Virus record (IMG/VR): IMGVR_UViG_2802429105_000002
Location: 1,455-65,454 of that record
Length of the DNA stretch: 64,000 nucleotides
DNA from: a virus
Strand: one strand, 5' to 3'
Shown: piece after piece, positions 10,044 through 20,950 of the stretch
How positions within the stretch are numbered: position 1 is the stretch's first letter
Layout of the letters: each line of letters opens with the position of its first letter
Notes under the pieces: model-generated
The model's input: the letters and a program-made list of their open reading frames with translations, nothing else
Told to the model about the DNA's origin: nothing
Database searches by the model: none
Program-made: the position numbers and the translations under genes

Positions 10044-10496
10044 TTAGTCCCCCGACTTCTCCATCTGTTCACGCGCCTTCATCAGCCGCGACAGGCCAGA
10101 TAGCAATTTGTCCTCAACCTCACGCAGCGCCGCCTCATGGTCAGCCGGGTCCATATCGGCAATGGCCGCAGCCATTTCCGGATACTGGTCAGCAGCCATC
10201 GCCGCGACCTGCGGCATCACTTCGGACGGCTTGACGCCCACGGTCTCCCACACCTCGAAATTGCGGAATGCGCCATCACTGGGCTTGATCCACTTCGTTT
10301 GCAATTCCGGATGAAACCGGCATCCGAAGTCCCACAACATTTTCGAAAGGGCCGGGAAACATGCCGGCGGAATGAGAGGCTGGTTGCGGAACTTGCCCTC
10401 ACCGCCATCGCGCGGGTCCGGTACCCCAGCGGTAAACATCCATGCGAAAACCTCCGCAGGATCTTCCATATTGGACTCAGATTGAGTCTTTGCCAC
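10044..10496 (-). CDS. Minor tail protein (DUF2744-like)
   Basis: DPAEVFAWMF...LWDFGCRFHPELQTK motif. Confidence 0.7.
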   Translation of the reverse strand: MAKTQSESNMEDPAEVFAWMFTAGVPDPRDGGEGKFRNQPLIPPACFPALSKMLWDFGCRFHPELQTKWIKPSDGAFRNFEVWETVGVKPSEVMPQVAAMAADQYPEMAAAIADMDPADHEAALREVEDKLLSGLSRLMKAREQMEKSGD

Positions 10497-10507
10497 TTCT
10501 CCCCCTA

Positions 10508-12271
10508 TTAGCTCTGAATCAGTTGCACACCAACGTTGTTCAGTGCTTCGCTCATCTTTTTCGCCAAACGAGCCATGCGCTCACCGATGGACTGCGCGCG
10601 CTCGGACTTACCGGCCTTAAGCACCCACGACATCGGCGCAGGACTGGACGTGTTGTCCCAGGCGCAGGTCATTTCCTCCAACTGGTTGACCCAGATGATG
10701 TGCTCAACGCCCTTGGACAACACCGTTGAACCAAGACGCTGACCGATGTCGATATGCAGGCCCGGAATAATCCACGAGTCATGCAGCGCCATCAGGTGCA
10801 CTGTCTCGGCACGCCCGACCAGGAACCCGCCGCGCAGCGCGGACAGAGCCGCCAGCGACCACGAGTTGTTTTCAGCGCCCTGCTGATACAACTCCCAGTA
10901 GTGAACCCACCCGAGTTGCGTTGCGCGGCCTGTGTTCTTCCAGTGCAGCCACGCCGCGATGGTGCCGACAATGAACGGCATGATCACATCGGCTGCGATC
11001 CCGCCTGCCCCCGAGAAGCCTCCCAAAAGCAGCCAGCCCAACAGGTTTCCCGTGGTTTCAATGATCAGCTTGGCGATAGCGTCCGCTGCCGGGTTATCGC
11101 CGCCGACCACCACGGCCACGTTCTTGGCCGGACCCCACGACAAGTCCGAGGACTCGATAGGAGTCCATTCGTTGTCGCGGATCACAAGCCATGGCTGTTT
11201 GGCCATCGTCGCCAACCAGCCGGAGCGGTAGTACTCGTCTGGCTGCAATGTCTGGTCGTCGTTCACGACGTTCAACGAGTCCTCGACAAACCCGCCGCCG
11301 TACACCATCACTGACCGGACAAAGCCGTCCAGGATCGTGCCCTCAAAGAACGTGCCCTCAAGGGCGGTCGCATTCGAGTTGTCCACGACCTCGAACACCA
11401 ACGCGCCGTTTTTGACGTTGCCGCCCGGAACACCGATCAGCCCGTCCGCCGTCTCGCCGTCATCGGTCAGGATGCGCCGATATGTGAGCGTGAGCTGCGC
11501 GTCATCAAGTGAATCTGCGATGACCGAATCCACCGGATTCATTCGCGAGGACAAGAAAGTCCACAGCGAAGAATCGTCCAACAACCACGGCGATGCCTTG
11601 ACATGGCACTGCCAGTCAGACCAATCAATGGCATCATCCCACGATTCCAAATCGAACGGATCATCAGGAAGCGACCAAATAGACGATTGCACGCGCCACA
11701 GGTTTATGAAAATTAGGGCAGAAATCGACCATTTTGCCGGTCCGGCCAGCGCAAAAATGCGTGGAAATTGCAGGACCGGGATCGGTAATGCTGGATTTGG
11801 AGGGCAGAGCAGGTATTGCAAAAATGCGAGGTCATCATTGAAGGTGACTTCCAAATACTTGACATGATCCTTGGACTTAATCGTCCACTTATCCAGCAGG
11901 CCAGACCAACGTTTCTGACCACCGTAGAAATCGACGGTGATCACGACGTTCTTCTTGAGTTCTGGATTGTTAGGCAACTGCTTCAACCACACCGCCAGGT
12001 AATGGTCGTCACGCAATTCAAGAACGCCCTGACTAACTGTGTTGTTCTTGAACGGGAACGCTCCCCGAATGGTGTCGTCGTAATCGACGCGCCCCACATA
12101 GACCAGACCCGCGTCGCCGTCTGGATCGTTCATCCACAACCGGATCAGCGGCTTAGCGCGCCGGAATGCGTGATGCTGCGCGCGCACCTGGTCGGCCTGG
12201 CGCTCAAGAGTTTTAAATGCCTTCCACGGATCGCCCGTGTTGGCTGCCAGAATGTCCGCCCACGCCGTCAT
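10508..12271 (-). CDS. Minor tail protein (baseplate hub-like)
   Basis: Start re-called at ATG 12271; second gene after tape measure; PNPALPIPVLQFP motif. Confidence 0.8.
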   Translation of the reverse strand: MTAWADILAANTGDPWKAFKTLERQADQVRAQHHAFRRAKPLIRLWMNDPDGDAGLVYVGRVDYDDTIRGAFPFKNNTVSQGVLELRDDHYLAVWLKQLPNNPELKKNVVITVDFYGGQKRWSGLLDKWTIKSKDHVKYLEVTFNDDLAFLQYLLCPPNPALPIPVLQFPRIFALAGPAKWSISALIFINLWRVQSSIWSLPDDPFDLESWDDAIDWSDWQCHVKASPWLLDDSSLWTFLSSRMNPVDSVIADSLDDAQLTLTYRRILTDDGETADGLIGVPGGNVKNGALVFEVVDNSNATALEGTFFEGTILDGFVRSVMVYGGGFVEDSLNVVNDDQTLQPDEYYRSGWLATMAKQPWLVIRDNEWTPIESSDLSWGPAKNVAVVVGGDNPAADAIAKLIIETTGNLLGWLLLGGFSGAGGIAADVIMPFIVGTIAAWLHWKNTGRATQLGWVHYWELYQQGAENNSWSLAALSALRGGFLVGRAETVHLMALHDSWIIPGLHIDIGQRLGSTVLSKGVEHIIWVNQLEEMTCAWDNTSSPAPMSWVLKAGKSERAQSIGERMARLAKKMSEALNNVGVQLIQS

Positions 12272-13149
12272 AGCCGCGCCCCCGGACGTGACCACGGACG
12301 GGAAAACCAGCGCGGAACCGTGAGCTTGCAGGCCCCGCCTTGCGGCGCGTTCTTGAGCTGCACCGGCAGGTCAGCGCCCTTACCCGGCATCAGCGGGTAG
12401 AGCAGATCGTTGCCCTTCCAGCGATGCTGAACCGGGGCACCGTTGACCGCGATAATCGTCTGCACGCGCGGATCGGAATCGACCGAGACGTGCTCGTTTT
12501 CCCGTAGCTCAGGCAGCGGTAGCGTGCGACCCAAGTCCTCCTGGCCGCGCGAGTACAGATCGTTGCCCCACGAAAAGTCCGGCACGATCCACAGCCCCGG
12601 CGCAGTGAACGCCCACCGCAGCCACACCGGCACATCGCCGTCGTTGCGAACCGGGAACACCGTGCGGTCAGCGGTGTGCAGCGTGTCCCAAACGCTTGCC
12701 GAAGATTCCTCTTGCCAATACGGGAACGTGGACGTAACAGTCATCACGATCGGGTTGTCCCGCGTGATATGCGGATCTTTTTCGTAATACGGCTTTGGTT
12801 CCTCCATAAGCCGCACATTCAGAAAACGGGTACCGTCGTTCGTGGTTACCGTGAGCGTTGATTCCTCGTCGTAATCCCACGCCCAACGCCACGCCGAATC
12901 AATCGTGCGCCACGTGTCCGGGTCGTCGTCCCACGCCTGAACAGAAAACACAATCTCACGACGCTGAACACGCTTACCGGCATATTCCTCACCAAAAGGA
13001 CCCGGTACGTACAGCGTCTTAACCGGAGCGTCATAGAACTGCTGCAAGTTGGGAGAAAGGGTTACCCCTTGCTGCCCCATCCCTGGACCTGAAAGAACCC
13101 AGTGCGAACCATCCCGACCCGTCAATTCAATTTTCAGGTAATCGGTCAC
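12268..13149 (-). CDS. Distal tail / minor tail protein
   Basis: First gene after tape measure; IELTGRDGSHW start typical of this family. Confidence 0.8.
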   Translation of the reverse strand: MTDYLKIELTGRDGSHWVLSGPGMGQQGVTLSPNLQQFYDAPVKTLYVPGPFGEEYAGKRVQRREIVFSVQAWDDDPDTWRTIDSAWRWAWDYDEESTLTVTTNDGTRFLNVRLMEEPKPYYEKDPHITRDNPIVMTVTSTFPYWQEESSASVWDTLHTADRTVFPVRNDGDVPVWLRWAFTAPGLWIVPDFSWGNDLYSRGQEDLGRTLPLPELRENEHVSVDSDPRVQTIIAVNGAPVQHRWKGNDLLYPLMPGKGADLPVQLKNAPQGGACKLTVPRWFSRPWSRPGARL

Positions 13150-13256
13150 TTATTGAAGTTGTCTTTCCTACAAGAAACCCCCGCCCGGTGATCGGTGAAA
13201 AACCGAACGCCGGACAGGGGTTACCTGTATCCGTATTTAGTTATCGCAGTACGTCG

Positions 13257-16200
13257 TTACCGCATGGGCAGGATGGGTGCCTGCTGCTGGGCTTCACGAC
13301 GCTGCTGTCCCTTGTAGAACTCGTCGTAGTTCGCGGTGTGAATGTCGCCGTAGTTGTTGACAATTCCCGGCCCGCGCCCCTGCGACTGCACAGGACCCTG
13401 CGGCAACACCGGAGCGCCATAAGCACCCTGCGTGGTACCGCCAGACGCCGTTCCCACAAGCAAGCTCGACAAAACGTTCACCACACCGCTGACGGCCTGG
13501 CCCGCGATCTGAGCACCACCTTGTGCCATCGACGCCGCCGCGCTCGCCGCCGCACCACTGCCCGGAGCGAACGCCCCGCCCGCAGCACCAGCGGCACCAA
13601 TCGCTGAACCGATAGCAGACCCAATCGTGGACGCCGCACCCTGGATGCCCTTGGACAACCACGGCGCATTGTGATCCTGATTCTTAGGAGCTGCACCCAG
13701 GATCGAGCGTGGGTCCTGCTCAGCGGTCGCACCCTCGGGAGCCTGCGCCCCCGGAGAAGCACCCCCGCCGCCGCCACCGCCTCCAAGGGCTGACCCGAGG
13801 CCAGACATGGCGTCGCCAACAGTCTGCATCGCCGTATCGGTCTGCGGAACCTGCGACTGCGGAGCCTGCTCAGCCTGTGCCGGAGACGGCAACGGGCCAA
13901 CAGACTGGGCCGCAGGAGCCGGAGCAGGAGGCGGCGCGCCCGGTACCTGAACCAAATCACCGCCGTCAAACCCAGGCAGCGAACTGCGATCAATCTTGCC
14001 CTCGTTCAAGGCATGGAAGAACCCAGACCCGTACTTGGCCACAGATGCAGCGCGCGTGATGAACTCACCATTGGACACCCGCGCGAGCATCGAGTCAGAC
14101 GACCCGGTACCCGGACCCGACAGGAAACCGCCGTTCGCGTACGCCGGCACCGGGAAGTACGCCCAGTTCGTGAACTGCCCGCTGCTATAGCCAGCCGCAC
14201 CCGAACCAATCGTGATCGGCGTGTTCTCGTTCGACGCTTCAAAGTTGCGCCCATCGGGCAGCGTTCCAGCAGTATGCGAAGCATTCCAGCCGATACGCAG
14301 CGTTCCAGCAGGAGCCTGCGATGGATCGCCGATCAGAACAGCGCCACGGGCACGCAACTTTTCGCCCTCGGTCATCGTTCCGCCGTCGCGCCCAGAGAAC
14401 GGCTTACCGACATAGGCGTCAGCGACGTACATCACCAGCCCGGAACAGTCCGTGCCGTCCAGTGATCCACCGCCCCACACGTACGGCTTGCCGCGCATCG
14501 AATCGGCCATCGCCGAAGCACGCTGGAAAGCCGTAGCGCCCGCTGCGGTTTCAGGTAGAAACGCGGACGCACTGTTGCTCAGCGGCGATGCAACCTGGTC
14601 CATCAACTGCTGCGCATCCGGGTTGGCCGCACCGCCACCAACCTGCTTGGTCAAACCGCCAACGAGCTGGCGACCTGCATTCAGATACGACAGGTCGATT
14701 CCGAAGAAACCGGCCACTGCCTGCAACAGAATCTCGCCGATCTGCGACAAAATGTTGACCGGATTCAAGTTGTCCGGCAACTTGCCCAAACCACCGAACT
14801 GTGCAGGACCATAGCCGCCCGGAGAGGCGATCTGCGGCCCCTGCGCAGTCTGCACCACCGTAGGCGACTGCGGAACATTGCGCCCCGAGGTATCACCGGC
14901 GTTACCCAAATCGGCTGGCAACGACGAATAGTTGCCCGTCGCCGGATCGTAGAGACCCGGATTCGACGTATCGGGAACATCCGGAAATGCCGGAGCGGCA
15001 ACAGGAATCGAAGCAACTGAGGCCACCGCCGAAGACGCGACCGGAGCCGAAGCTACCGCAGGCGCATTCGCAACGAACTTCAAGTCCGTACGAGGCTTAG
15101 GAGGCGTCGCAATGATCTGTGGCCCAACCTGCCCACCGATATCAAACCCCGGAAGGTCAGCCTTGTCGATCTTGCCCTCATTGACCGCGTGCATGAACGC
15201 CGATCCATACTTGGCGACCGAAGAAGCCTTAGTGATGAACTCGCCGTTGGAGACTCGCGCAATCATGGAATCCGATGCGCCTGTGCCAGCGCCCTTGAAC
15301 ATGCCGCCCGAGGCGTACGACTCCAAGTAGAGCTTGGCCCGATCGGGGTCAAGATGAATGATCGTGCCGTCAGCCAGTTCCTCGAACCGGCCACCATTCT
15401 TACGAATGTTCTCGATAAGACCCGGCTGATCCTTCTGCAAGTCACGCAGCGGCGAACTCACACGGATACCCGCTGCACCCTGCGTGCCTGGCTCCCAGTA
15501 CGGCTGCGGATTACCCAGCCCTGCGAACGGATTACCGACACCAGGCTTGAAACGCGCACGGCCCGCGACGGCCTGATTGTTGGCCCGAGTGTCCGCGCCA
15601 ACCTCATTGGCATGATTGGTGTCGTCCATCACGAATCGGCCGATACTCGCGCTAGCCCTTGCCTTCTCAGACAAGCCCGGAGTATCCCCATCGGCACCGG
15701 GCACCCAATCCAACGGATTGTTATACCCGTAGAGCAGATCACTCAAAGTGAACGGCAGCTTCGCCTTCTCAAATACCTCGCGCGCCTGCGCATCACCGGT
15801 AACGGCCTTAGCCAGAAGCTCATTGGTGATCCTGTTCGGATCACCATCGGCTCGGCCCTTGTTGTGCAGGTCAACGAAGTCCGCATCGAAAGAACCGATG
15901 ACATCGGCCAACTGCTTGGAGTTCAGCTCGTCAAGGATCGCCTGACGCGCCTTACCGATAACCTCCTCACGCGCAGCCTGATTACTTGGCGTAAGAGCCT
16001 GCCCGAAACGCTCACGGGAAACCCCGAGCTGCGAATCGGCCAAACCAGGCAGATCGCGAGGCTTGGCGTTCGTCTCGTTAGGATCAACGAAACCGCCGGC
16101 TCGACCCAACTTCTCAAGCAAGCCCTGCTGCGTCAACGATCCAGAGAGCCCATCCATTTCGGTACGCAAACGACTCACCATGTCGGCGTGGTACGCCACG

Positions 16201-18167
16201 GACTCGGCAGCCTCCTGCTGAGCGGTCACATACTGCGACACCAACAAAGTGGCAATCGCCGTCACACCCGCCGCGACAGGTCCACCCGGACCCATCAACA
16301 TGCTGAACGCCTTGGTCTTGCCGTTCACGCCGTCACCGCCAGCACCGCCGAACGCGCCACTGACGAAATCAAGAGCCTTCTTCATGCCCTCCAGCGCAGT
16401 GCTGACACCCTTGACAATCGGGCTGACCGTTCGCCAACCCAAGTACGCAAACAGAATCGCTTGCACCAGTCCCGGATGCTGATTCAACAACTGAGAAGCC
16501 GCACGCAAGAACGGCAATAGCCCCTCAGCCCAGGACTGCCCTGCCCGCGTAACGTTGCGGATCATGCCCGGAATCTGCTCCAACGCAGGACGCCAACGCG
16601 CCAACTCGGCACGCGCCTCATAGAAGAACTGACGTAGCTTCTGCTGTCCCTGAGCGCTTTTGAGGAAATCGGCCAGTCGCTTGGTGCCTTCCTGCAACGT
16701 CTGCAAGAAGCCCTTACCGCCCGTTCCTGTGAACGCCTCGGAGATACTGTTCAGGATCGAACCGACATTGACCAGCGTGTTGCCGAGATTCTTGAGCGCG
16801 TCGATACCCGCGTTGATCCACTTATCCAGTGAGCCATCAGCTTCCGCCTCGACAATGAACCGGTCAAACCGGCTCATCAGGTCGCCGAAACCATCAGCCA
16901 ATCGCGGCAGGAAGTTGCTTCCCGTCGATGACAGACGCAAGAACGCATCCATCAACGGCTTGATCGAACGACCTAGAATCTCTTGCGCATCAGCGGTGTT
17001 ACCGAAAATGCGGTCAATCATCGACTGATTGCCGCTGCCGCCCAGCTCCCCGATGGCCGTGCGCACGTTGCCGTTGAGGGAACCTGCGATACCGGTCAGA
17101 CCGCGCTCAAGCATCGGCAGGCTAGTGCCCGCCAAACCCTGAATATCGCTGCCGAGGTTGGCGAACAGACGATCCTGCACTGCCCCGCGCAGACCGTTCC
17201 ACGCACCCTGGAGCGAGGTGATGCGCTGCACGAAATCCTGTGCCTGTGGCGACAACTTACCCATCGCTTGGGCAAGATCGGCCACAGACGCCGCACCCCG
17301 TGCAGCGTCCTCGTTAGCCTTCGCCAAACGCTGGGTGGCGGCAACCACCGCATCCGCGCCCGCAACACCCTTACGGTTGGCCTCTGCAACGTCCTCGACC
17401 AGACGAGCGCCACGGCGACGGGCAGACGCAAGGCTCTCCTCGGCTTTCTGCACACTAAGCGCGTCGCGCTGCTGCTCCAGTGCCGACTTACCGAACGACT
17501 TGGCAGCCTCGCTACGTGCCTCCTGCAAGTTCAGGACGGCCTCAGCCTCATCCAAAGGCGCAGAACGCAACTGGTCGTTTAGATCCTCAAGGTTGCGCTT
17601 GGCGTCCTTGGTGACCCGACTCAGCTCGCGTGTAGCGTCCACCACCGCGCGATTAGCGTCACGCTGCCTGCGGGCGGCATCGGCAGAGTCCTTCTGCGCC
17701 GCCGCAACGGCTTTGAACGCATCGGTGACACCGCGCGAACCCACGGCCATCGCGCCGAAACTCGACACAACACCCGACACAATGCCCGGCAGCAATAAAG
17801 ATGACTGCGACAGCGCCACAATCGACTGGTTCAGAGCCGCCAAGGCCGGACCAAGCGCCGTCAACTGAGACGCGCCGGCCACTGCCACATTGATCGTCAG
17901 GCCCTTGCGGAACTCGGTCTTCAAGTCTTGGTACTTGTGCCGGATCTCGGTAATACCCTTGGTATCGACACGTAGCTTGATCGGCTCACGCTCGGCCAGT
18001 TCCTTAGCCGCCGCAATTTCCGCGAGAGCTTTGGAAGTCTGGGCCTGGACCTCGATCTTGACGGATTCATTCACCGTCGCTAGCTGTGCCTTCAAACGGT
18101 TCCGGAAGCCCTTAATGCTCGGAACCAAAAGCACCGATGCCTGGGCGGCGATAAATTCGGCAGCCAC
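13257..18167 (-). CDS. Tape measure protein with C-terminal NlpC/P60-like domain
   Basis: 1636 aa, Ala-rich helical; follows tail chaperone; GKPYVWGGG...DCSG...HTAG. Confidence 0.92.
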   Translation of the reverse strand: MAAEFIAAQASVLLVPSIKGFRNRLKAQLATVNESVKIEVQAQTSKALAEIAAAKELAEREPIKLRVDTKGITEIRHKYQDLKTEFRKGLTINVAVAGASQLTALGPALAALNQSIVALSQSSLLLPGIVSGVVSSFGAMAVGSRGVTDAFKAVAAAQKDSADAARRQRDANRAVVDATRELSRVTKDAKRNLEDLNDQLRSAPLDEAEAVLNLQEARSEAAKSFGKSALEQQRDALSVQKAEESLASARRRGARLVEDVAEANRKGVAGADAVVAATQRLAKANEDAARGAASVADLAQAMGKLSPQAQDFVQRITSLQGAWNGLRGAVQDRLFANLGSDIQGLAGTSLPMLERGLTGIAGSLNGNVRTAIGELGGSGNQSMIDRIFGNTADAQEILGRSIKPLMDAFLRLSSTGSNFLPRLADGFGDLMSRFDRFIVEAEADGSLDKWINAGIDALKNLGNTLVNVGSILNSISEAFTGTGGKGFLQTLQEGTKRLADFLKSAQGQQKLRQFFYEARAELARWRPALEQIPGMIRNVTRAGQSWAEGLLPFLRAASQLLNQHPGLVQAILFAYLGWRTVSPIVKGVSTALEGMKKALDFVSGAFGGAGGDGVNGKTKAFSMLMGPGGPVAAGVTAIATLLVSQYVTAQQEAAESVAYHADMVSRLRTEMDGLSGSLTQQGLLEKLGRAGGFVDPNETNAKPRDLPGLADSQLGVSRERFGQALTPSNQAAREEVIGKARQAILDELNSKQLADVIGSFDADFVDLHNKGRADGDPNRITNELLAKAVTGDAQAREVFEKAKLPFTLSDLLYGYNNPLDWVPGADGDTPGLSEKARASASIGRFVMDDTNHANEVGADTRANNQAVAGRARFKPGVGNPFAGLGNPQPYWEPGTQGAAGIRVSSPLRDLQKDQPGLIENIRKNGGRFEELADGTIIHLDPDRAKLYLESYASGGMFKGAGTGASDSMIARVSNGEFITKASSVAKYGSAFMHAVNEGKIDKADLPGFDIGGQVGPQIIATPPKPRTDLKFVANAPAVASAPVASSAVASVASIPVAAPAFPDVPDTSNPGLYDPATGNYSSLPADLGNAGDTSGRNVPQSPTVVQTAQGPQIASPGGYGPAQFGGLGKLPDNLNPVNILSQIGEILLQAVAGFFGIDLSYLNAGRQLVGGLTKQVGGGAANPDAQQLMDQVASPLSNSASAFLPETAAGATAFQRASAMADSMRGKPYVWGGGSLDGTDCSGLVMYVADAYVGKPFSGRDGGTMTEGEKLRARGAVLIGDPSQAPAGTLRIGWNASHTAGTLPDGRNFEASNENTPITIGSGAAGYSSGQFTNWAYFPVPAYANGGFLSGPGTGSSDSMLARVSNGEFITRAASVAKYGSGFFHALNEGKIDRSSLPGFDGGDLVQVPGAPPPAPAPAAQSVGPLPSPAQAEQAPQSQVPQTDTAMQTVGDAMSGLGSALGGGGGGGGASPGAQAPEGATAEQDPRSILGAAPKNQDHNAPWLSKGIQGAASTIGSAIGSAIGAAGAAGGAFAPGSGAAASAAASMAQGGAQIAGQAVSGVVNVLSSLLVGTASGGTTQGAYGAPVLPQGPVQSQGRGPGIVNNYGDIHTANYDEFYKGQQRREAQQQAPILPMR

Positions 18168-18191
18168 CGCGCCCCCTCAATATTCAGTTGT

Positions 18192-18737
18192 TTACAGGTA
18201 TGTCCACTGCCCCGTGTCGATACCCTGCTCGTGCGCCAAATCCATTCCACGCGCAAGCGCAGCCTCAAGACCGCTTTCCTGCTTTTTGGCCTTCCGCCTC
18301 TTACGTTCCCGCTCAGCAGGAATCTCCGGACGCGGATAAAACCGAACTTTGTCCGATGTAGCCCGCGACGCAATCAACTGATCAGCAACATTTGTCACCG
18401 AATCAATAAGCTGACTCCACCCAAACAACGGCGGCAATCCCGGCGTCCACTCGTCATCCGGTGCACTCGCCTGCGCCTCGATAACCTCCGGATCATTCAG
18501 AATCTCTGACTGAATATACGAGCCACGAATAGAGGCAAAGGTTGCGTAGAATCGTAGGAACTGATCCCAGTCACGGCGAGGCGCGAAGCGTAGATAAAAT
18601 TCATTCGATGTACGACACTGCGCACATCGGCAAGGAGCCGCGAAAAAGTCCAGGGCATTGACGCCGATTGTTTGGAAATCCCATTCAATCGCACGCCAAT
18701 ACCGACCGACCAGTTCAGCGACTTGCGCTATTTTCCC
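18192..18737 (-). CDS. Tail assembly chaperone, -1 frameshift extension
   Basis: Open frame overlapping the end of the chaperone, entered at GGGAAAA (18737-18731). Confidence 0.8.
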   Translation of the reverse strand, partial: GKIAQVAELVGRYWRAIEWDFQTIGVNALDFFAAPCRCAQCRTSNEFYLRFAPRRDWDQFLRFYATFASIRGSYIQSEILNDPEVIEAQASAPDDEWTPGLPPLFGWSQLIDSVTNVADQLIASRATSDKVRFYPRPEIPAERERKRRKAKKQESGLEAALARGMDLAHEQGIDTGQWTYL

Positions 18738-19042
18738 TTGGACTTGTCCCCGAAGAAATGCTCGTTGTACTTGTCCATGAACTTGTTCCACACCTGAATT
18801 GGATGCGGATCGAACAGCTTCATCGCCTCGTCGTAGGCGTCGCCGAAGATGAGCTTTTGTGCCTCTTCCTCAGTCTTGGCCTTCATCAGCTCGTTGACCT
18901 GCGCCTTGGTTGGGCAGGTCAAGACGATTCCCGGCGCGACCTGCAACGGCTCCGGTACACGCACTTCGCCCACTAGCTCGGCGAAAAAGTCGCTCACCGC
19001 GTCCTCGACAACCTTCATCGCAGCAGCACTGACACGTGCCAT
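18728..19042 (-). CDS. Tail assembly chaperone
   Basis: Between major tail and tape measure; ends AAG GGA AAA TAG. Confidence 0.85.
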   Translation of the reverse strand: MARVSAAAMKVVEDAVSDFFAELVGEVRVPEPLQVAPGIVLTCPTKAQVNELMKAKTEEEAQKLIFGDAYDEAMKLFDPHPIQVWNKFMDKYNEHFFGDKSKGK

Positions 19043-19130
19043 AAATGTTTCCCCCTATTTCAAAAATTACATACGAAAGGAAGAGGGGAGCAACCCGAAC
19101 GGTTACCCCCCTCATTCCCCACATTCGTTA

Positions 19131-20033
19131 CTACGTAACGGTGACGGCGACCGTATCGGTCAACGTCGCACCCTTCTTCGCCGTGATCGTTGCCGAACCG
19201 GCAGCCACACCCGTGACCAGGCCAGAGGCCGACACCGAAGCAATCGCCGGCGCGGACGAGGTAAACGTCACGTCCGGCGTGTAATTGATTCCGTTGTCGC
19301 CCTCGACAAGCAACTGCACCGTGTGCGAAGCACCCGAGGCGACCGTCAGCGAGGCCGTAGCCGGCGTGGCGTCGATGGCCGTCAAAGCCGTACCGAAGCC
19401 AGCCGTGGCAACAAGGTCGCGCCAGCCCGGACCAGCAAAGCCCTGCGCCACCGAATAGCCCACCGTGTCATCACGGAACGCCTTCATCGTCGGCTTGTAC
19501 TCAATTACGTTGTCGTCATTGAGCGTCTGGTTATCGATCTTGTCCAGCTTCACCTTGGGCATCAGCCAGTACGTCCAGACCTCGCGGTCGTTACGATCAT
19601 CCAAACCGACCAAAATAGCGCGGTAGTAGATGTTCTTAGGCACCTTGGGGGCCTCAAGAACGACACCACCGAACTCCGAGGGCTGGATATGCGAGAAGTC
19701 CTGCGTCCAGATCAACTCCAGCACATTGCGCTGGTTCTGGAACATCGAGAACTCGAACGTCGTCGTACGCTTGTTGATAATCGTACGAATCGGCTCAGGC
19801 TCGCCGTATGCCTCAATATCCTTGGAATCGAACTCATTGCCGAGCGTAAGACCGGCCTTCTTCTCGAAATGGCCCACCGACTTGTAGCCCGCAGGCACAG
19901 CCAAAGATCCATCCGTAGGCGATTCCAACGTCAATGCTGGAGCAACAGAATAGGGTGCAAGCAGCACCGTCAAGTTGAGAGGCGCAATAGCAAGATCAGC
20001 CTGCGCATCCTTCAACGTGTAAAAATCCACCAT
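19131..20033 (-). CDS. Major tail protein with C-terminal Ig-like domain
   Basis: DIEAYGEPEPIRT major-tail motif; C-terminal ASVSASGLVTGVAAGSATITA. Confidence 0.88.
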   Translation of the reverse strand: MVDFYTLKDAQADLAIAPLNLTVLLAPYSVAPALTLESPTDGSLAVPAGYKSVGHFEKKAGLTLGNEFDSKDIEAYGEPEPIRTIINKRTTTFEFSMFQNQRNVLELIWTQDFSHIQPSEFGGVVLEAPKVPKNIYYRAILVGLDDRNDREVWTYWLMPKVKLDKIDNQTLNDDNVIEYKPTMKAFRDDTVGYSVAQGFAGPGWRDLVATAGFGTALTAIDATPATASLTVASGASHTVQLLVEGDNGINYTPDVTFTSSAPAIASVSASGLVTGVAAGSATITAKKGATLTDTVAVTVT

Positions 20034-20072
20034 ATTTAGTTGTGCTTCCTGTATTAAGTTATTAATTGCCGC

Positions 20073-20561
20073 CTATAGCACGGCGACTTCTTTCAAATAG
20101 TTGTTGCGATAACGCAAACCAACCCCCACGTCGAATACGGCGGTAACCACGCGCGTATCGAGCTGTTGACCCGGCGTCAGCAGATTCGGCCCCGACTTCT
20201 CCCCCGCACAGTGAATCTGCGCGGTGAACCCGTCAGCCATCGTGAACTTGAAGCCCTGCATCGGCAAAAGCACCGACCGCACCACCGACATCACGTCCCA
20301 CGAGTCATCACGACTGCCCGTGACAGCACTGACCTGCACGAGGCTCTGGTCCCGGTGCCGGTCCCAATCCACATACCCGCCAGGCAACCTGACGAACCAC
20401 AACATCGGATCAACCTCGCCAGGTAGCTGCTCATCGAGCCATCCGTCAGGGGTCCAGCACCCAGACTCAATGTCGGGCAACACCTTCGTGAAAATGTCGA
20501 TCATCAAGTTCTCGACGTTCACAAAGTTGTGCTCGAACCATGACGGCAACGCAATAGCCAC
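20073..20561 (-). CDS. Tail terminator
   Basis: Position; FVRLPGG motif. Confidence 0.7.
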   Translation of the reverse strand: MAIALPSWFEHNFVNVENLMIDIFTKVLPDIESGCWTPDGWLDEQLPGEVDPMLWFVRLPGGYVDWDRHRDQSLVQVSAVTGSRDDSWDVMSVVRSVLLPMQGFKFTMADGFTAQIHCAGEKSGPNLLTPGQQLDTRVVTAVFDVGVGLRYRNNYLKEVAVL

Positions 20562-20950
20562 TACCGCACCCCCTCATACATTGACCTCATTACCTCCGCA
20601 AGGTCATCGGCGGCCGGAAAATCGATCTTCCGTGTGCGAGACCCGAACTCATGCATCGGACCGTAGGAGAACGGCTCGCCCTTCCAGTCGGACAACGCAG
20701 CTTGACCACCCACGGTCACCTTGCCGACCATGCGGTCACGTTTCTTGTTCCCGCCCATAACGACATGTGCCAGAGCCGAATCGGCCAATCTTCCGGTCTT
20801 CTTCGCTACATGAGCCTGGTAGCGCGTCACTACCTGCTGGCCCGTCTTCATCAAGACAGCGTTCAACCCCGGAGCAGAGGCAAGCACTTGCGCCAGAGCC
20901 TTATTCGGGCTCGGAACGTCGATATCGAACAACGGAAATTTATCAACCAT
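20561..20950 (-). CDS. Head-tail region protein
   Basis: Start re-called at ATG 20950; KTGRLADS...HEFG motif. Confidence 0.65.
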   Translation of the reverse strand: MVDKFPLFDIDVPSPNKALAQVLASAPGLNAVLMKTGQQVVTRYQAHVAKKTGRLADSALAHVVMGGNKKRDRMVGKVTVGGQAALSDWKGEPFSYGPMHEFGSRTRKIDFPAADDLAEVMRSMYEGVR

